From the IMG/VR virus record IMGVR_UViG_3300047195_000798: 37,923 nt of DNA; one strand, written 5' to 3'. The stretch is from an uncultured virus (IMG/VR IMGVR_UViG_3300047195_000798) (Duplodnaviria; Heunggongvirae; Uroviricota; Caudoviricetes). The notes beneath the pieces were generated by a model that was not told where the DNA came from, searched no databases, and saw only the letters and a program-made list of their open reading frames with translations. This document shows, piece by piece, positions 1 to 9,051 of this stretch. Position 1 is the first letter of the stretch. Each line of letters starts with the position of its first letter. A program made the translations under genes and the position numbers.

Positions 1-34
1 CGATTCAGAAAGGTGCATTCTTCAAAGACGACGC

Positions 35-142
35 ATGAAAGAAAGCATACGTGTCGATGGTGAAAGTGAAACACAGCTTTATGTGGAGATTGAACGGGAT
101 GGAAAATTCTACAAAGGCTTTGTTTCAACAGAGTGGAGTTGA
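35..142 (+). CDS. Small hypothetical protein (35 aa, MKESIRVDGES...)
   Basis: Read manually; ATG overlaps the TGA of a truncated upstream ORF (ATGA). Confidence 0.45.
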   Translation: MKESIRVDGESETQLYVEIERDGKFYKGFVSTEWS

Positions 143-150
143 GTGAAAGA

Positions 151-810
151 ATGTCAAAAGAACTGTGGACGGAAAGACACAGACCGAAGACTCTGAGTGC
201 CATTAAGGGTCAGAGCTCGGTCATCCAACAGATAGGGGCAAAGCTCAAACAGGGGGAGATTACGAATTTGATTTTGAAAGGGCCGCCCGGCGTCGGTAAG
301 ACAACTACGGCAAAGGTGATAGCAAAAGTGCTCTATCTGGAAAATGGGGAGATGATAAACTTTAAGGAACTGAATGCTGGCGATAAGCGGAAGCTCGAAG
401 ACATCAGGAAACTTGTCGGGGATTTCATGCGATACCGGCCATGGGGAAAAGCCAAATTCAAGTTGCTTTTGCTGGACAAAGCGGAATCGATTACAAAGGA
501 TGCGCAGGAGGCGCTTGAGCGAATGATGGAAGAGTGTGGGAACAACTGCAGGACGATACTCTGCGTCAATGACATAGAGCGGATAGAGCCGACAATTCGA
601 TCACGTTGCACTGAATACCAGTTCCAGCCGTTGACTGAAAAAGATATTGCAGAACGTTTGAAGGAGATAGCGATTGCACAAAATATCCATATCTCTGATG
701 CAGATATCATGAAGATAGCTGAAAAGGCCCACGGTGACGCAAGAAAAGCAATCAATAACATGCAAATGGGAAACTATCCGCGGGATGAAGTCGAGGATTT
801 GTTCAACTAA
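151..810 (+). CDS. rfcS: Replication factor C small-subunit-like AAA+ protein, C-terminally truncated, Walker B altered (DK instead of DE)
   Basis: LWTERHRP (W.EKYRP-like), Walker A GPPGVGKTT, ELNAGD, AQEALERMME, SRC motif (IRSRC), GDARKAIN; ends after the lid domain. Confidence 0.9.
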   Translation: MSKELWTERHRPKTLSAIKGQSSVIQQIGAKLKQGEITNLILKGPPGVGKTTTAKVIAKVLYLENGEMINFKELNAGDKRKLEDIRKLVGDFMRYRPWGKAKFKLLLLDKAESITKDAQEALERMMEECGNNCRTILCVNDIERIEPTIRSRCTEYQFQPLTEKDIAERLKEIAIAQNIHISDADIMKIAEKAHGDARKAINNMQMGNYPRDEVEDLFN

Positions 811-820
811 AAGGAGGAAG

Positions 821-1117
821 ATGAGCCAGAAAAAATCACCCAAGAGGAAACTGTTGAACGGAACGAAGAAATTGATGAGGCCAACAAAGAAGCAGAACGG
901 TGAGCATAGGATAACCATCATCGCCAAGCTGAAGAAATCATTCAATGCCGAAGATAGGATGGAACCGTTTGAAAACAGAGAATATGCAGATGAGACAAAC
1001 AGATTGTATGATATGCTCATGGAAGAATATCCTTATGATCCTCCAGACCAAAAAGACAAGGCAGTCTTCGATATCGTCACGGACATTCTAAAAGAATGCG
1101 GGAAGGAAGTGGAATAA
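821..1117 (+). CDS. Hypothetical protein with basic N-terminus
   Basis: AGGAGG RBS before ATG 821; in-frame part of ORF 734..1117. Confidence 0.65.
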   Translation: MSQKKSPKRKLLNGTKKLMRPTKKQNGEHRITIIAKLKKSFNAEDRMEPFENREYADETNRLYDMLMEEYPYDPPDQKDKAVFDIVTDILKECGKEVE

Positions 1118-1220
1118 TGGGAACGCAGCAAATTGAACAAGACGAGCTGAAAGAGTGTTATGGAACATAGAGTGCGAGGAAAATCTGATGTATTTGAACA
1201 TAAAAAAGTGAGGAAGAATC

Positions 1221-2018
1221 ATGGAGAAAATACTACGCGTTGCGACATTCAATAATTTTTGCTTCCAAGATTCTGAATTTGAACAACTGGATGAAATAAC
1301 AGATAGATATCCAGAATACAATATCTTCGTGAACACGAATTCTCATCCAAAGCTCCGCGGCAAATATCCTGCCGTGGTGACAACAAATCCAGAGCTCATA
1401 AAATTCACTGCCCCGAAAGGCGACCTCAGCATCATCAAGGCCGTACGGGTGAAATACATCGCGGATGCCAAACCGATAGTTGAAGAGAACTTCAACAAGG
1501 CTATTAATTGGGCCTACAAACTCGATATCCCGATACTCATTACCTATATGCGTTTCAGGAGCCTTCCGATGATGAAGAAGTTCACGAAGACGTATGGGAA
1601 TCAGAATGCGAACTATCTGTGGGAACACAACTACTTCAGGCAGATAAAGAAGAAGACGTGGGAACTTGAGTTGTTCCATTACTGTGATCTCAAGGACATG
1701 GGCTGCCCATCGTGCAACAACTGCGCGAAGCTGCCCTTTGGCATCATGAAGGCGAAGTTCTACAGCATCAATCTGAGCACATCGGGGAAATGCCCGTACA
1801 ATTGCCCGGATTGTTTTGCCAAGCATCTGCAGAAATGGCAGAACGGCATCTGTTACGATCGCATCATCCAGAACTCGAAGCAGGAAGGGCACGATCCGTT
1901 CCACAAGGATTTCGCGAAGATACATTCGCTGGAAGACTTCTTGTCCCTGAAGAACAACGAAGCATCATTAGACAATTCCCAGCAGAAGCTGACAATCCGT
2001 TGGGGGAAGACCAACTAA
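1221..2018 (+). CDS. Fe-S/radical-SAM-like protein, Gp88-like with permuted motif order
   Basis: Cx6Cx2Cx2C (CDLKDMGCPSCNNC) followed by SINLSTSGKCPYNCPDCFAK (CxxxCxxC) and QNSK near the C-terminus. Confidence 0.6.
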   Translation: MEKILRVATFNNFCFQDSEFEQLDEITDRYPEYNIFVNTNSHPKLRGKYPAVVTTNPELIKFTAPKGDLSIIKAVRVKYIADAKPIVEENFNKAINWAYKLDIPILITYMRFRSLPMMKKFTKTYGNQNANYLWEHNYFRQIKKKTWELELFHYCDLKDMGCPSCNNCAKLPFGIMKAKFYSINLSTSGKCPYNCPDCFAKHLQKWQNGICYDRIIQNSKQEGHDPFHKDFAKIHSLEDFLSLKNNEASLDNSQQKLTIRWGKTN

Positions 2019-2036
2019 GATGAGAGAGGCATTTTC

Positions 2037-2294
2037 ATGGGACGCAAGAACAAGCTAAAAGATAAAAAGTATCCAAGGAAAATGATAATACATCCAAAGC
2101 CAATCTCGAAGAAAGAATGGGATTGGTTCATCCCGATATTCACAGATTTTGTGATGACGTTCGAACACAACTTTGATATCTATGATCCAGAAGATGAGAC
2201 AACTTCTGATAAGTTCGACATCTATCTGCATGGCATGGTGAAAGGTATGTGGGGGATGCTGAGCGTCATAGAAGAGCGGATGGTGGAGAAATGA
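2037..2294 (+). CDS. Hypothetical protein
   Basis: ORF with GAGG RBS, coupled to the next gene by ATGA. Confidence 0.65.
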   Translation: MGRKNKLKDKKYPRKMIIHPKPISKKEWDWFIPIFTDFVMTFEHNFDIYDPEDETTSDKFDIYLHGMVKGMWGMLSVIEERMVEK

Positions 2295-2743
2295 CTAGAT
2301 GGGTTAAGCGGTGGGAAGTGATGGGCCGCAGCGGCAAAATATGGGTCGTCGCCCAGGATGTGGACGGGAACTACGGCTGTTCATGTCCTGTGTGGAAGTT
2401 CCATCGAAAGGAATGTCACCATATCGTAGAAGTGAAAGAGAACCTTGCAATAGTGGGACGTCAGCGACCGATACTAAAAACAGAGGACATAAGTGATAAA
2501 GGGGACAGCTTTGACCCTTTCATGTGCCGCTATCAGATGATACCGAAGCACCCGAAGAAAATAACGAAGGCGAAAAAAGCGAAAAAGAGATGGGCGATAG
2601 TAACGGTAAACCTCCAATACGAGATACCGGACAACGTACTCACAAACGAAGCAATAAAAGAGTTTGTTGCCAACGTGGAGTTGCCGGGCAACTATGTCGA
2701 AGATACATTTGATTTTGTGAAGGTGTGGGAAGGAGACAAATAA
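2291..2743 (+). CDS. SWIM zinc-finger protein with small C-terminal ELPxxYV domain
   Basis: GCSCPVWKFHRKECHHI fits CxC-xn-CxH; GGAG RBS and ATGA overlap at 2291. Confidence 0.8.
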   Translation: MTRWVKRWEVMGRSGKIWVVAQDVDGNYGCSCPVWKFHRKECHHIVEVKENLAIVGRQRPILKTEDISDKGDSFDPFMCRYQMIPKHPKKITKAKKAKKRWAIVTVNLQYEIPDNVLTNEAIKEFVANVELPGNYVEDTFDFVKVWEGDK

Positions 2744-2887
2744 ATGAAGAAAATGATAACAGTCATATTCGATGAAGATGGAAAACATATGATGTTGGAT
2801 GAAGAAAACAAGATGTGCCAGATTTGCAATGCGACAATACAACCGACAGACAAAAACTGCAGAAACTGCAATGAACCGAGGAGGTAG
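2744..2887 (+). CDS. Small zinc-ribbon protein (47 aa)
   Basis: Read manually: MKKMITV...CQICNATIQPTDKNCRNC; GGAG RBS. Confidence 0.7.
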   Translation: MKKMITVIFDEDGKHMMLDEENKMCQICNATIQPTDKNCRNCNEPRR

Positions 2888-2891
2888 TTGA

Positions 2892-3035
2892 ATGAAAATA
2901 GTAAGAGCACAGATAGAACTGAACATAATTTGCAAAGATGCAAAAACAGACGATGAAGCAAAAAGGGAAGCCGAAAACTACGAGTTGCCGCCAGAATATG
3001 TTAACGATAGTTTCGAAATACTGGAGGTGCATTAA
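2892..3035 (+). CDS. Small protein (47 aa) paralogous to the C-terminal domain of the SWIM protein
   Basis: Read manually: ...EAENYELPPEYVNDSFEILEV vs ...FVANVELPGNYVEDTFDFVKV; GGAGG RBS. Confidence 0.7.
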   Translation: MKIVRAQIELNIICKDAKTDDEAKREAENYELPPEYVNDSFEILEVH

Positions 3036-3205
3036 TGCTATTTGGAAGAAAAAAACAACTGGAAGAATTGAAAAAGAAGAAAGAGCAACTGGATTTAGCC
3101 ATGACAATGTACATGAGCGGAAGGACCGATCCGGAGACAAAAGAGAGGATAATCATCGGACAGAACGAACTGATCGAGAAGATGGCAACGCTATTGGGGT
3201 TCTAA
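3035..3205 (+). CDS. Small helical protein (56 aa, MLFGRKKQLEEL...)
   Basis: Read manually; GGAGGTG RBS; TAATG overlaps at both ends. Confidence 0.65.
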   Translation: MLFGRKKQLEELKKKKEQLDLAMTMYMSGRTDPETKERIIIGQNELIEKMATLLGF

Positions 3206-3474
3206 TGCCAACAGCATTGCCGACGATAGACGGATATACTATTGATGTAAGATTGAAAGAGTTCCGAAAGATGAATCTTGGAGAAGAACCGGAGTTCATC
3301 TCGTTCGATTCAGAAAAAGGTCAGGAACTGTTGAAGGAATATTACAATGAATTGGACAAAAAACGAGAAAAAAGGGTCGGTACGGAAAACATAGCACTGG
3401 GTGAAGAGATGATGGTCATCGAAAAAGAGATAATCGATGGCCCTTGGTTCAGCATCGATGGATTGGATTTTTGA
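3205..3474 (+). CDS. Hypothetical protein (MPTALPTIDGYTIDVRLKEFR...)
   Basis: 3' part of ORF 2938..3474; TAATG coupling gives the start. Confidence 0.65.
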   Translation: MPTALPTIDGYTIDVRLKEFRKMNLGEEPEFISFDSEKGQELLKEYYNELDKKREKRVGTENIALGEEMMVIEKEIIDGPWFSIDGLDF

Positions 3475-3488
3475 AGAATTGAGGAGGT

Positions 3489-3695
3489 TTGATTATGGAA
3501 ATAACTGGAGACGTTGAAAAAGAATTCGAGACAGATATCGATATTGATTTCTCAAAGCTGCCTGACGAAGAAAAGATGAAAATACGGCAGGCCCTGGAAA
3601 AAGGGGAGAGACATACATTCAAGAAAGTGACCGTAATCTTCGATGGAGAAGTCACAATCGATTTCGAACCAGATTACAGTTCCAGATACGAGTAG
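3489..3695 (+). CDS. Small acidic protein
   Basis: GAGGAGG RBS; ORF track. Confidence 0.65.
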   Translation: MIMEITGDVEKEFETDIDIDFSKLPDEEKMKIRQALEKGERHTFKKVTVIFDGEVTIDFEPDYSSRYE

Positions 3696-3831
3696 AAAAT
3701 GGACGTTGATCAGCTGGAAGCATTGGCACAAGCCGATGCTGAGGACGAAGCGTTATTGAAAGAAAAGAGGATGGAACGGAAGAAAGATCCCATCTCCCCA
3801 TCCCCCTATGAAGCTTACACAGAGGTAGACG

Positions 3832-4260
3832 ATGCAAAGAAGCAATGAACAGATAGAGTTGTTGTTGAAAAGCAATGATACGGACGATGATGTCGAGATT
3901 CTGGCTGCTGAGGAGGATGACGAAATAGAAACTCTGCTAGCCAGTATCGATTTCAAATATGAACTGATCAAAGAGATGTGTGAAGAGATAAGAGAACGGG
4001 CGGAAGAATTCTTCAAAGAGCACGGCATCACAATCGAATTCATGGTCGATAACCATGGCTTTTTGGAACGGAAAAAACCCGGAGGCGAAAAAACCATGTT
4101 TAAAGAAATTGATCGCAAGGTGGTGAAAGGTGGGAAGGACCTGGCGTTTCTGCAGGCAGTATATATTGCATTCCCTGACGCAAAGGATGACGAGACGTTT
4201 GGAGTCACTGCCTGCGGGGAAGATTTGCTAGTGAGGCGGTTCGCAGGTGATAAGAAATGA
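3832..4260 (+). CDS. Acidic hypothetical protein
   Basis: GAGGT RBS; ORF track. Confidence 0.65.
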   Translation: MQRSNEQIELLLKSNDTDDDVEILAAEEDDEIETLLASIDFKYELIKEMCEEIRERAEEFFKEHGITIEFMVDNHGFLERKKPGGEKTMFKEIDRKVVKGGKDLAFLQAVYIAFPDAKDDETFGVTACGEDLLVRRFAGDKK

Positions 4261-4430
4261 CCGATTACGAGATAGTCGTTGACCTGCAGTCATTCGTGAT
4301 GGAATTGCCAGCGGGCATGAACCCGGAGGATATTGATGCAGTTCGAGAAGCGGCGATAAAAAAGATAAAAGAGAAATGCGAAACCGGGGAGATTTATCTG
4401 GATAGTGTGGAAGTTGACGAAGGAATTTGA
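4257..4430 (+). CDS. Small acidic protein (57 aa, MTDYEIVVDL...)
   Basis: Read manually; AGGTGA RBS and ATGA overlap. Confidence 0.65.
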   Translation: MTDYEIVVDLQSFVMELPAGMNPEDIDAVREAAIKKIKEKCETGEIYLDSVEVDEGI

Positions 4431-4445
4431 AATGGAGGAAGACAA

Positions 4446-5651
4446 ATGACCATACGACCCACATGCGTGAAATGCGGGAAAGAGATGACGTGCGTAAAGA
4501 ATGATGTGCCCGTCGTCCATTATATTGACGATGACGAAGCAAAAGGAATAGATGCCGTGCGGATTGGCGACATATGGGGCTGCCCGAAATGCAACTGCCA
4601 GGTCGTCATCAACATGGGCACTCAAATCGATGCGAGAGACATTTCTCTCTATCAATTACATCAATTTGAAAAGATCGTCGAGATAAAAAGAGAAACAGTG
4701 GGGAAGACAAACGACATAAAAGAACGCGTCTTTACCGTTCGAATACCGTTCTGCCCTGAGAACATGGACACAAAAGAAATCGCGTACATGTTTCAAGACG
4801 AACTCGCCGTGTTCCCGATTGTGACGGAAGAGACGAAGATGATACTTAATCCGAATTGTTCGGAAAGTGTCCTGCGTTTCTATACAGTAGACCCAAAGCA
4901 GATGCAAAAGATATTGCAGTCCATAAAAGATGAGATAGTATCCAAGTATCCGAAAGAAGATTACGCATGGTTGCATGCTGACAAGAAGATACCATTGCTG
5001 CCAAAAGCAGAGATGTATGACTCAAGTTACAAACCAGATGCAGAAACACCGAGATATACGAACATAAAGAAATGCAATGTGGAGGAGAAACCGGAGCTGT
5101 GGTGCTGCGCGGGAATGGGAGATAATGATGCAGTCATAACTGTAGAGACGGAATCATTCGTCCTGAACATCGGGAACAACGACATACAACCAGGGACTGA
5201 AGGAACGAGCTGGATAGATATCGTGATGGAGATGGGCCTCAAAGTGCAAGAGGCAGAATATTCGGAAGAGCTAACCGATAGGGGCCGCGACTGCACCTGT
5301 GGAATTCGTTACTATGACGGATACAAAAACCTCATTAAAGATCCAGACTTCGGAAAGTTATTGCAGAAAGCGGGTCTCGACTTGAACTTCGGTTATTATC
5401 TGAAAGAAGAAGAAAAGAATCCGAACTTCAAAGAAGCACAAGTCCTGCTGGAACTATTCAAAATTTGGAGAAAAGAAATGCTACCGAATTTAAAGCCGCA
5501 CAATACGAAACTGGCGCACGCAATAGAATTCTTAGCAGTTCCGCTCACAACATCGATAGAAATCGAGGACCCATTTTCAGAATATCCCGCACCAATGATA
5601 GATGCCGAGGAATTGAGGAAAAAGCTAGTGGAAAAATATGCCAAAAAGTGA
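4446..5651 (+). CDS. Multidomain hypothetical protein with N-terminal zinc ribbon
   Basis: CVKC...CPKC at the N-terminus; GGAGG RBS; 401 aa. Confidence 0.7.
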   Translation: MTIRPTCVKCGKEMTCVKNDVPVVHYIDDDEAKGIDAVRIGDIWGCPKCNCQVVINMGTQIDARDISLYQLHQFEKIVEIKRETVGKTNDIKERVFTVRIPFCPENMDTKEIAYMFQDELAVFPIVTEETKMILNPNCSESVLRFYTVDPKQMQKILQSIKDEIVSKYPKEDYAWLHADKKIPLLPKAEMYDSSYKPDAETPRYTNIKKCNVEEKPELWCCAGMGDNDAVITVETESFVLNIGNNDIQPGTEGTSWIDIVMEMGLKVQEAEYSEELTDRGRDCTCGIRYYDGYKNLIKDPDFGKLLQKAGLDLNFGYYLKEEEKNPNFKEAQVLLELFKIWRKEMLPNLKPHNTKLAHAIEFLAVPLTTSIEIEDPFSEYPAPMIDAEELRKKLVEKYAKK

Positions 5652-6084
5652 CTTCTTCGCCAAGATCCCGAACGATGACGAAGGAAAGTACTTTCTCTTC
5701 CTTCTGGAAAAATATCTGAATAAGGAATCCTATCTGATAAAGAAGCGAGGGCGTTTTCCAAATCATGATTTGATGGAAAAAGATGGCCTTGACGGACGAA
5801 CAAGATTCTGGCAGCATGTACCAGCAAAGTATGCACTGGCCTTCAATCTTTATCTATGTGTACGAAGAGAGAATATGTGCCCAGCAGTCGTAGGAATAAG
5901 CACGCACAACAGCGAACGGAAAAGATGGGAGGATCTGGACGAACAGAGAGCTGTGTCACGGAGACTTTCGGAGAGGATACAAGCACTGGAGTGTCAGAAA
6001 ATGGAAGAAAAAGGGATAGTCAAAAGAACAGGGGAACGTTCTGATTTCGAACCGAGATATCAACATCTGGAGAAAAAACTATGA
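5638..6084 (+). CDS. Hypothetical protein
   Basis: ORF in the operon, overlapping its neighbours. Confidence 0.6.
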   Translation: MPKSDFFAKIPNDDEGKYFLFLLEKYLNKESYLIKKRGRFPNHDLMEKDGLDGRTRFWQHVPAKYALAFNLYLCVRRENMCPAVVGISTHNSERKRWEDLDEQRAVSRRLSERIQALECQKMEEKGIVKRTGERSDFEPRYQHLEKKL

Positions 6085-6338
6085 ATTTACTCGAAGAAAT
6101 AGAGAAGCTGAATAAGGAAGAATTGCAGAATATCGTTTTGCACTGCATAGGAATCTACAGTAAAATGTGGGGTAAGAAGTTGCCGTTCGTCTATTGCCCC
6201 CTGTGTAGTGAGAGAATCAAGGAACCGAAACCCGTGCACAAACATTGGGTTCCTTGCCTGCACGAGACGGTGGACAAAATAGACGAAGAGCATTGTTATT
6301 GTAGCGATTGTGGTGAAGAATTTCACATGGAGGAATAA
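6081..6338 (+). CDS. Zinc-finger protein
   Basis: CPLC, HKH, C, CYCSDC motifs; GGAG RBS. Confidence 0.65.
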   Translation: MNLLEEIEKLNKEELQNIVLHCIGIYSKMWGKKLPFVYCPLCSERIKEPKPVHKHWVPCLHETVDKIDEEHCYCSDCGEEFHMEE

Positions 6339-6343
6339 AAAAC

Positions 6344-6622
6344 ATGATTGAAAAACCAGATATAGAAAGATATTTGTGGAATATAAACACAAAAGAAGAA
6401 CTCATCTCCATGAACCAGATTATACGACAACGAATAAAAGAACTTGAGGCACACCAGACATGGAACTACCAAGAAGGAGATAAAGTCGAATGGAACGGCA
6501 AACGAGGTCATTTGACAGGCATAGTAGAACAGATCAATAAAACAACCGTAACCGTAGATGCAGGGGTGAACGGCAAATGGAGAATACCACCATCCATGCT
6601 AAAAAAAGTCGAAGAGGAATAA
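6344..6622 (+). CDS. SH3/KOW-like small protein
   Basis: GDKVEW...TGIVEQINKTTVTV...WRIPPSML pattern. Confidence 0.65.
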   Translation: MIEKPDIERYLWNINTKEELISMNQIIRQRIKELEAHQTWNYQEGDKVEWNGKRGHLTGIVEQINKTTVTVDAGVNGKWRIPPSMLKKVEEE

Positions 6623-6623
6623 A

Positions 6624-7007
6624 ATGTCAGAAGAAAAAATAAAGCCAGAAGAGAGCAAAGAAAGTAAATTCAGCATCATGTATGTGGTACAAGGCATCGG
6701 TCCATATGATCGGCTGAAAGATTGGGTACAAATCCTGTTGATGCCCATGGATCCATTGGATGTGCCTAAAGAGCAGCGGAGAGGAAATATAATGGTGCGT
6801 GGCATTGGTCCGATGGGGCCAGTACCACCGGAGGCCATGGACGAGATGCAGGCAATGTTTTCCCAACTGCTCCCTCAACTTAGGCAGAGGCCGGAAGAAG
6901 GCAGGGAAATAGTGCTAATTGAGAAAGATGTGGATTTCCAGAAACGGGGATGGAAATACAGGGACCAGATCAATGTGACATTCGAAAAGCTGGAGATGAA
7001 AGATTGA
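6624..7007 (+). CDS. Hypothetical protein
   Basis: GAGG RBS; ORF track. Confidence 0.65.
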   Translation: MSEEKIKPEESKESKFSIMYVVQGIGPYDRLKDWVQILLMPMDPLDVPKEQRRGNIMVRGIGPMGPVPPEAMDEMQAMFSQLLPQLRQRPEEGREIVLIEKDVDFQKRGWKYRDQINVTFEKLEMKD

Positions 7008-7408
7008 ACAAAGCAGAGAAATTCTTGATCGTTCTCGCTTGCATAATGCTGTTCGTTGGCTCAATGGTGGCATTCAATACCGCAGTTGGATATACTGATT
7101 TCCCAAAGATGTTCATCGGAGTGGCATTCGGGGCAGCGATGGAAATGATTGCAGTTGGAGCGATACTAAAGTGGTGGCCTGAAAAACCAGAAAAATCTAC
7201 ATTAGTGGAAGAAAAACCAGAGGAAAGGACAGCGGTGGCGTCTTTCTTCGAACAGATCGAAGACATCAAACCAGACCATTTACAGAAGCAATCAAAATAT
7301 GATGCGTGTCTATCCTGCCTTCACGAAGGGGAAGAGCCTCCGCACTTTTGTATCACATGTAATCAAGAAAGCGAAGAGCAGCTACCAACGAATTATGAGG
7401 AAGGATGA
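7004..7408 (+). CDS. Two-TM membrane protein with C-terminal Cys motif
   Basis: Two hydrophobic helices; CLSC...CITC; TTG start overlapping the upstream TGA. Confidence 0.65.
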   Translation: MNKAEKFLIVLACIMLFVGSMVAFNTAVGYTDFPKMFIGVAFGAAMEMIAVGAILKWWPEKPEKSTLVEEKPEERTAVASFFEQIEDIKPDHLQKQSKYDACLSCLHEGEEPPHFCITCNQESEEQLPTNYEEG

Positions 7409-8325
7409 TGAAGAGATTCAAAGTTATCTCAATACATTTCTGCAGCGATTGCAATTTGCAATGTCCTATATGCTATAGGGGGAAAAGGGAAGGAATACCA
7501 AAACCCTTCTCTTTCTTCAAGGAGCTGATACCGTACATTTCAGAACTAACGGACCAAGCAAGTTTTGGTGGTGGAGAACCATTTCTCCATCCGGGGGCAA
7601 TCATGGCTCTTGGGCGAGAATGCAAAAAGAACGGCATTCTGATGAATGTCACGACCAACGGTACGCAACCAATGAAACCAGAACATGTCAAAGACATCGA
7701 GATGGTGAGCGTCTCTTTCGACAAATACAAGAGGCCGAGAATCAAGGATCTGGCAAGATATGCAGAAACAGTGCGGCAGTTGAAGAAGCATACCCGCGTG
7801 GGGACAAACCTGCTCATCGACAAGGATATGATGAAGCGAAAGGAGACATTCCCGATGCTCGTGAAGTGGCTATTTGACGATGTGGGTGTCGAGCGCATCT
7901 TTGCTCTCTATCCAAAGAACTGGGAGTTCATCGACATCATCCCGCTCACCGACATCTATGCAGCATTGACGACGATGTATCCGCATTTTTACGTGGACGA
8001 TCTCTCAAATATGATACTCAGAGAACAGCGCTATAGCGATTGGAAGAAACCATGCCACTACGGTGAGGACATCATCAGCATCAATGAGTTTGGTGAAGTG
8101 ACTGGATGCTCGTTCGATGGACCCGAGAAAACAGTGCTGAATCTAAACAGACCAGAAGACATCTTGGAGATAAAAAACATTAAAATGGAAGAACGACATT
8201 CATGTCCGTATTTAAAACTGGAGGTGCGGGATGGAAGTAGAGATGTTGGAAAAGAGCACTCGAATGACACAGTTGCTCTTGAAGAACGAACGGCAGCAAG
8301 TATTGTTCAGCAAGAAAGAAGCTGA
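7405..8325 (+). CDS. Radical SAM protein with C-terminal SPASM/twitch-like Cys region
   Basis: CNLQCPICY (CxxxCxxC), GGGEP, VTTNG, VSVSFD, C...I..NEFGEVTGCSF...C. Confidence 0.9.
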   Translation: MMKRFKVISIHFCSDCNLQCPICYRGKREGIPKPFSFFKELIPYISELTDQASFGGGEPFLHPGAIMALGRECKKNGILMNVTTNGTQPMKPEHVKDIEMVSVSFDKYKRPRIKDLARYAETVRQLKKHTRVGTNLLIDKDMMKRKETFPMLVKWLFDDVGVERIFALYPKNWEFIDIIPLTDIYAALTTMYPHFYVDDLSNMILREQRYSDWKKPCHYGEDIISINEFGEVTGCSFDGPEKTVLNLNRPEDILEIKNIKMEERHSCPYLKLEVRDGSRDVGKEHSNDTVALEERTAASIVQQERS

Positions 8326-8635
8326 ACGGCTTCTGAACGAACGAGAAAGGTTAAAATTCTATTGTGAGAACTGTAAGAACGTATGGACGCAGTGGAAACC
8401 AGAAGGATATGTGGTGCGGAGCGGGGACAACACGAATTTTTTCATTCACATCGGAGAACCAGATGACAGCATACGAACATACATTCAATGCCCCGAATGC
8501 AAAGGGACGAAGAAGATACGCAGGATGAATGTCGTGAAGATAAGTTCGCATCCACAGAAGAGGATACACCCAATCATCAGAAAAGATGATTTTTCTGATA
8601 CGGTGATGGGAAACTCAGAGACGATGATTTTTTAA
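8231..8635 (+). CDS. Zinc-ribbon protein
   Basis: CENC and CPEC; GGAGGTG RBS. Confidence 0.7.
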   Translation: MEVEMLEKSTRMTQLLLKNERQQVLFSKKEAERLLNERERLKFYCENCKNVWTQWKPEGYVVRSGDNTNFFIHIGEPDDSIRTYIQCPECKGTKKIRRMNVVKISSHPQKRIHPIIRKDDFSDTVMGNSETMIF

Positions 8636-8661
8636 GGCAGACCTGAATTAGATGAGGCATC

Positions 8662-8907
8662 ATGGATAAAATAGAGTTGGAGTACAAATTGAAAGAGGAG
8701 CTCACAAAAAACACTCCGCTGAAAGATATAAAAGTCAAAGAAATAGAAGACAAGCATGACGGGGCAAAACTCATAAGGATTGATTTGGTGGGTGAAGATT
8801 GGACTGATGGGTTCAGCACAAATCAATCCGACGACTTATATGATGAAGTAATCGGAGAACTCTACGACATTGTTGTAGAACATGAGACGAAAAAGACAAT
8901 ATTCTAG
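8662..8907 (+). CDS. Small acidic protein
   Basis: GAGG RBS; ORF track. Confidence 0.6.
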   Translation: MDKIELEYKLKEELTKNTPLKDIKVKEIEDKHDGAKLIRIDLVGEDWTDGFSTNQSDDLYDEVIGELYDIVVEHETKKTIF

Positions 8908-8915
8908 GGGGCAAT

Positions 8916-9047
8916 ATGAAAGAATATACAATTACCTTAGAGATAATCATATCGGCTGATACTGAAACAAAAGCGGTAGAAGAATTTTGGAGAACCGTCG
9001 ATAAGGACCATGGACTCCTTTCATTAGACGTGCAACCAGAGGGGTGA
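8916..9047 (+). CDS. Small protein (43 aa, MKEYTITLEIIISADTETKAVEEF...)
   Basis: Read manually; YxIxLxIxIxAx(S/T)xxxA pattern common in small MGE proteins. Confidence 0.55.
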   Translation: MKEYTITLEIIISADTETKAVEEFWRTVDKDHGLLSLDVQPEG

Positions 9048-9051
9048 TAGG

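Noticed and set aside
2938..3204. N-terminal half of the 178-aa ORF 2938..3474
   Set aside because: Better explained by two short genes in other frames with RBS and TAATG coupling
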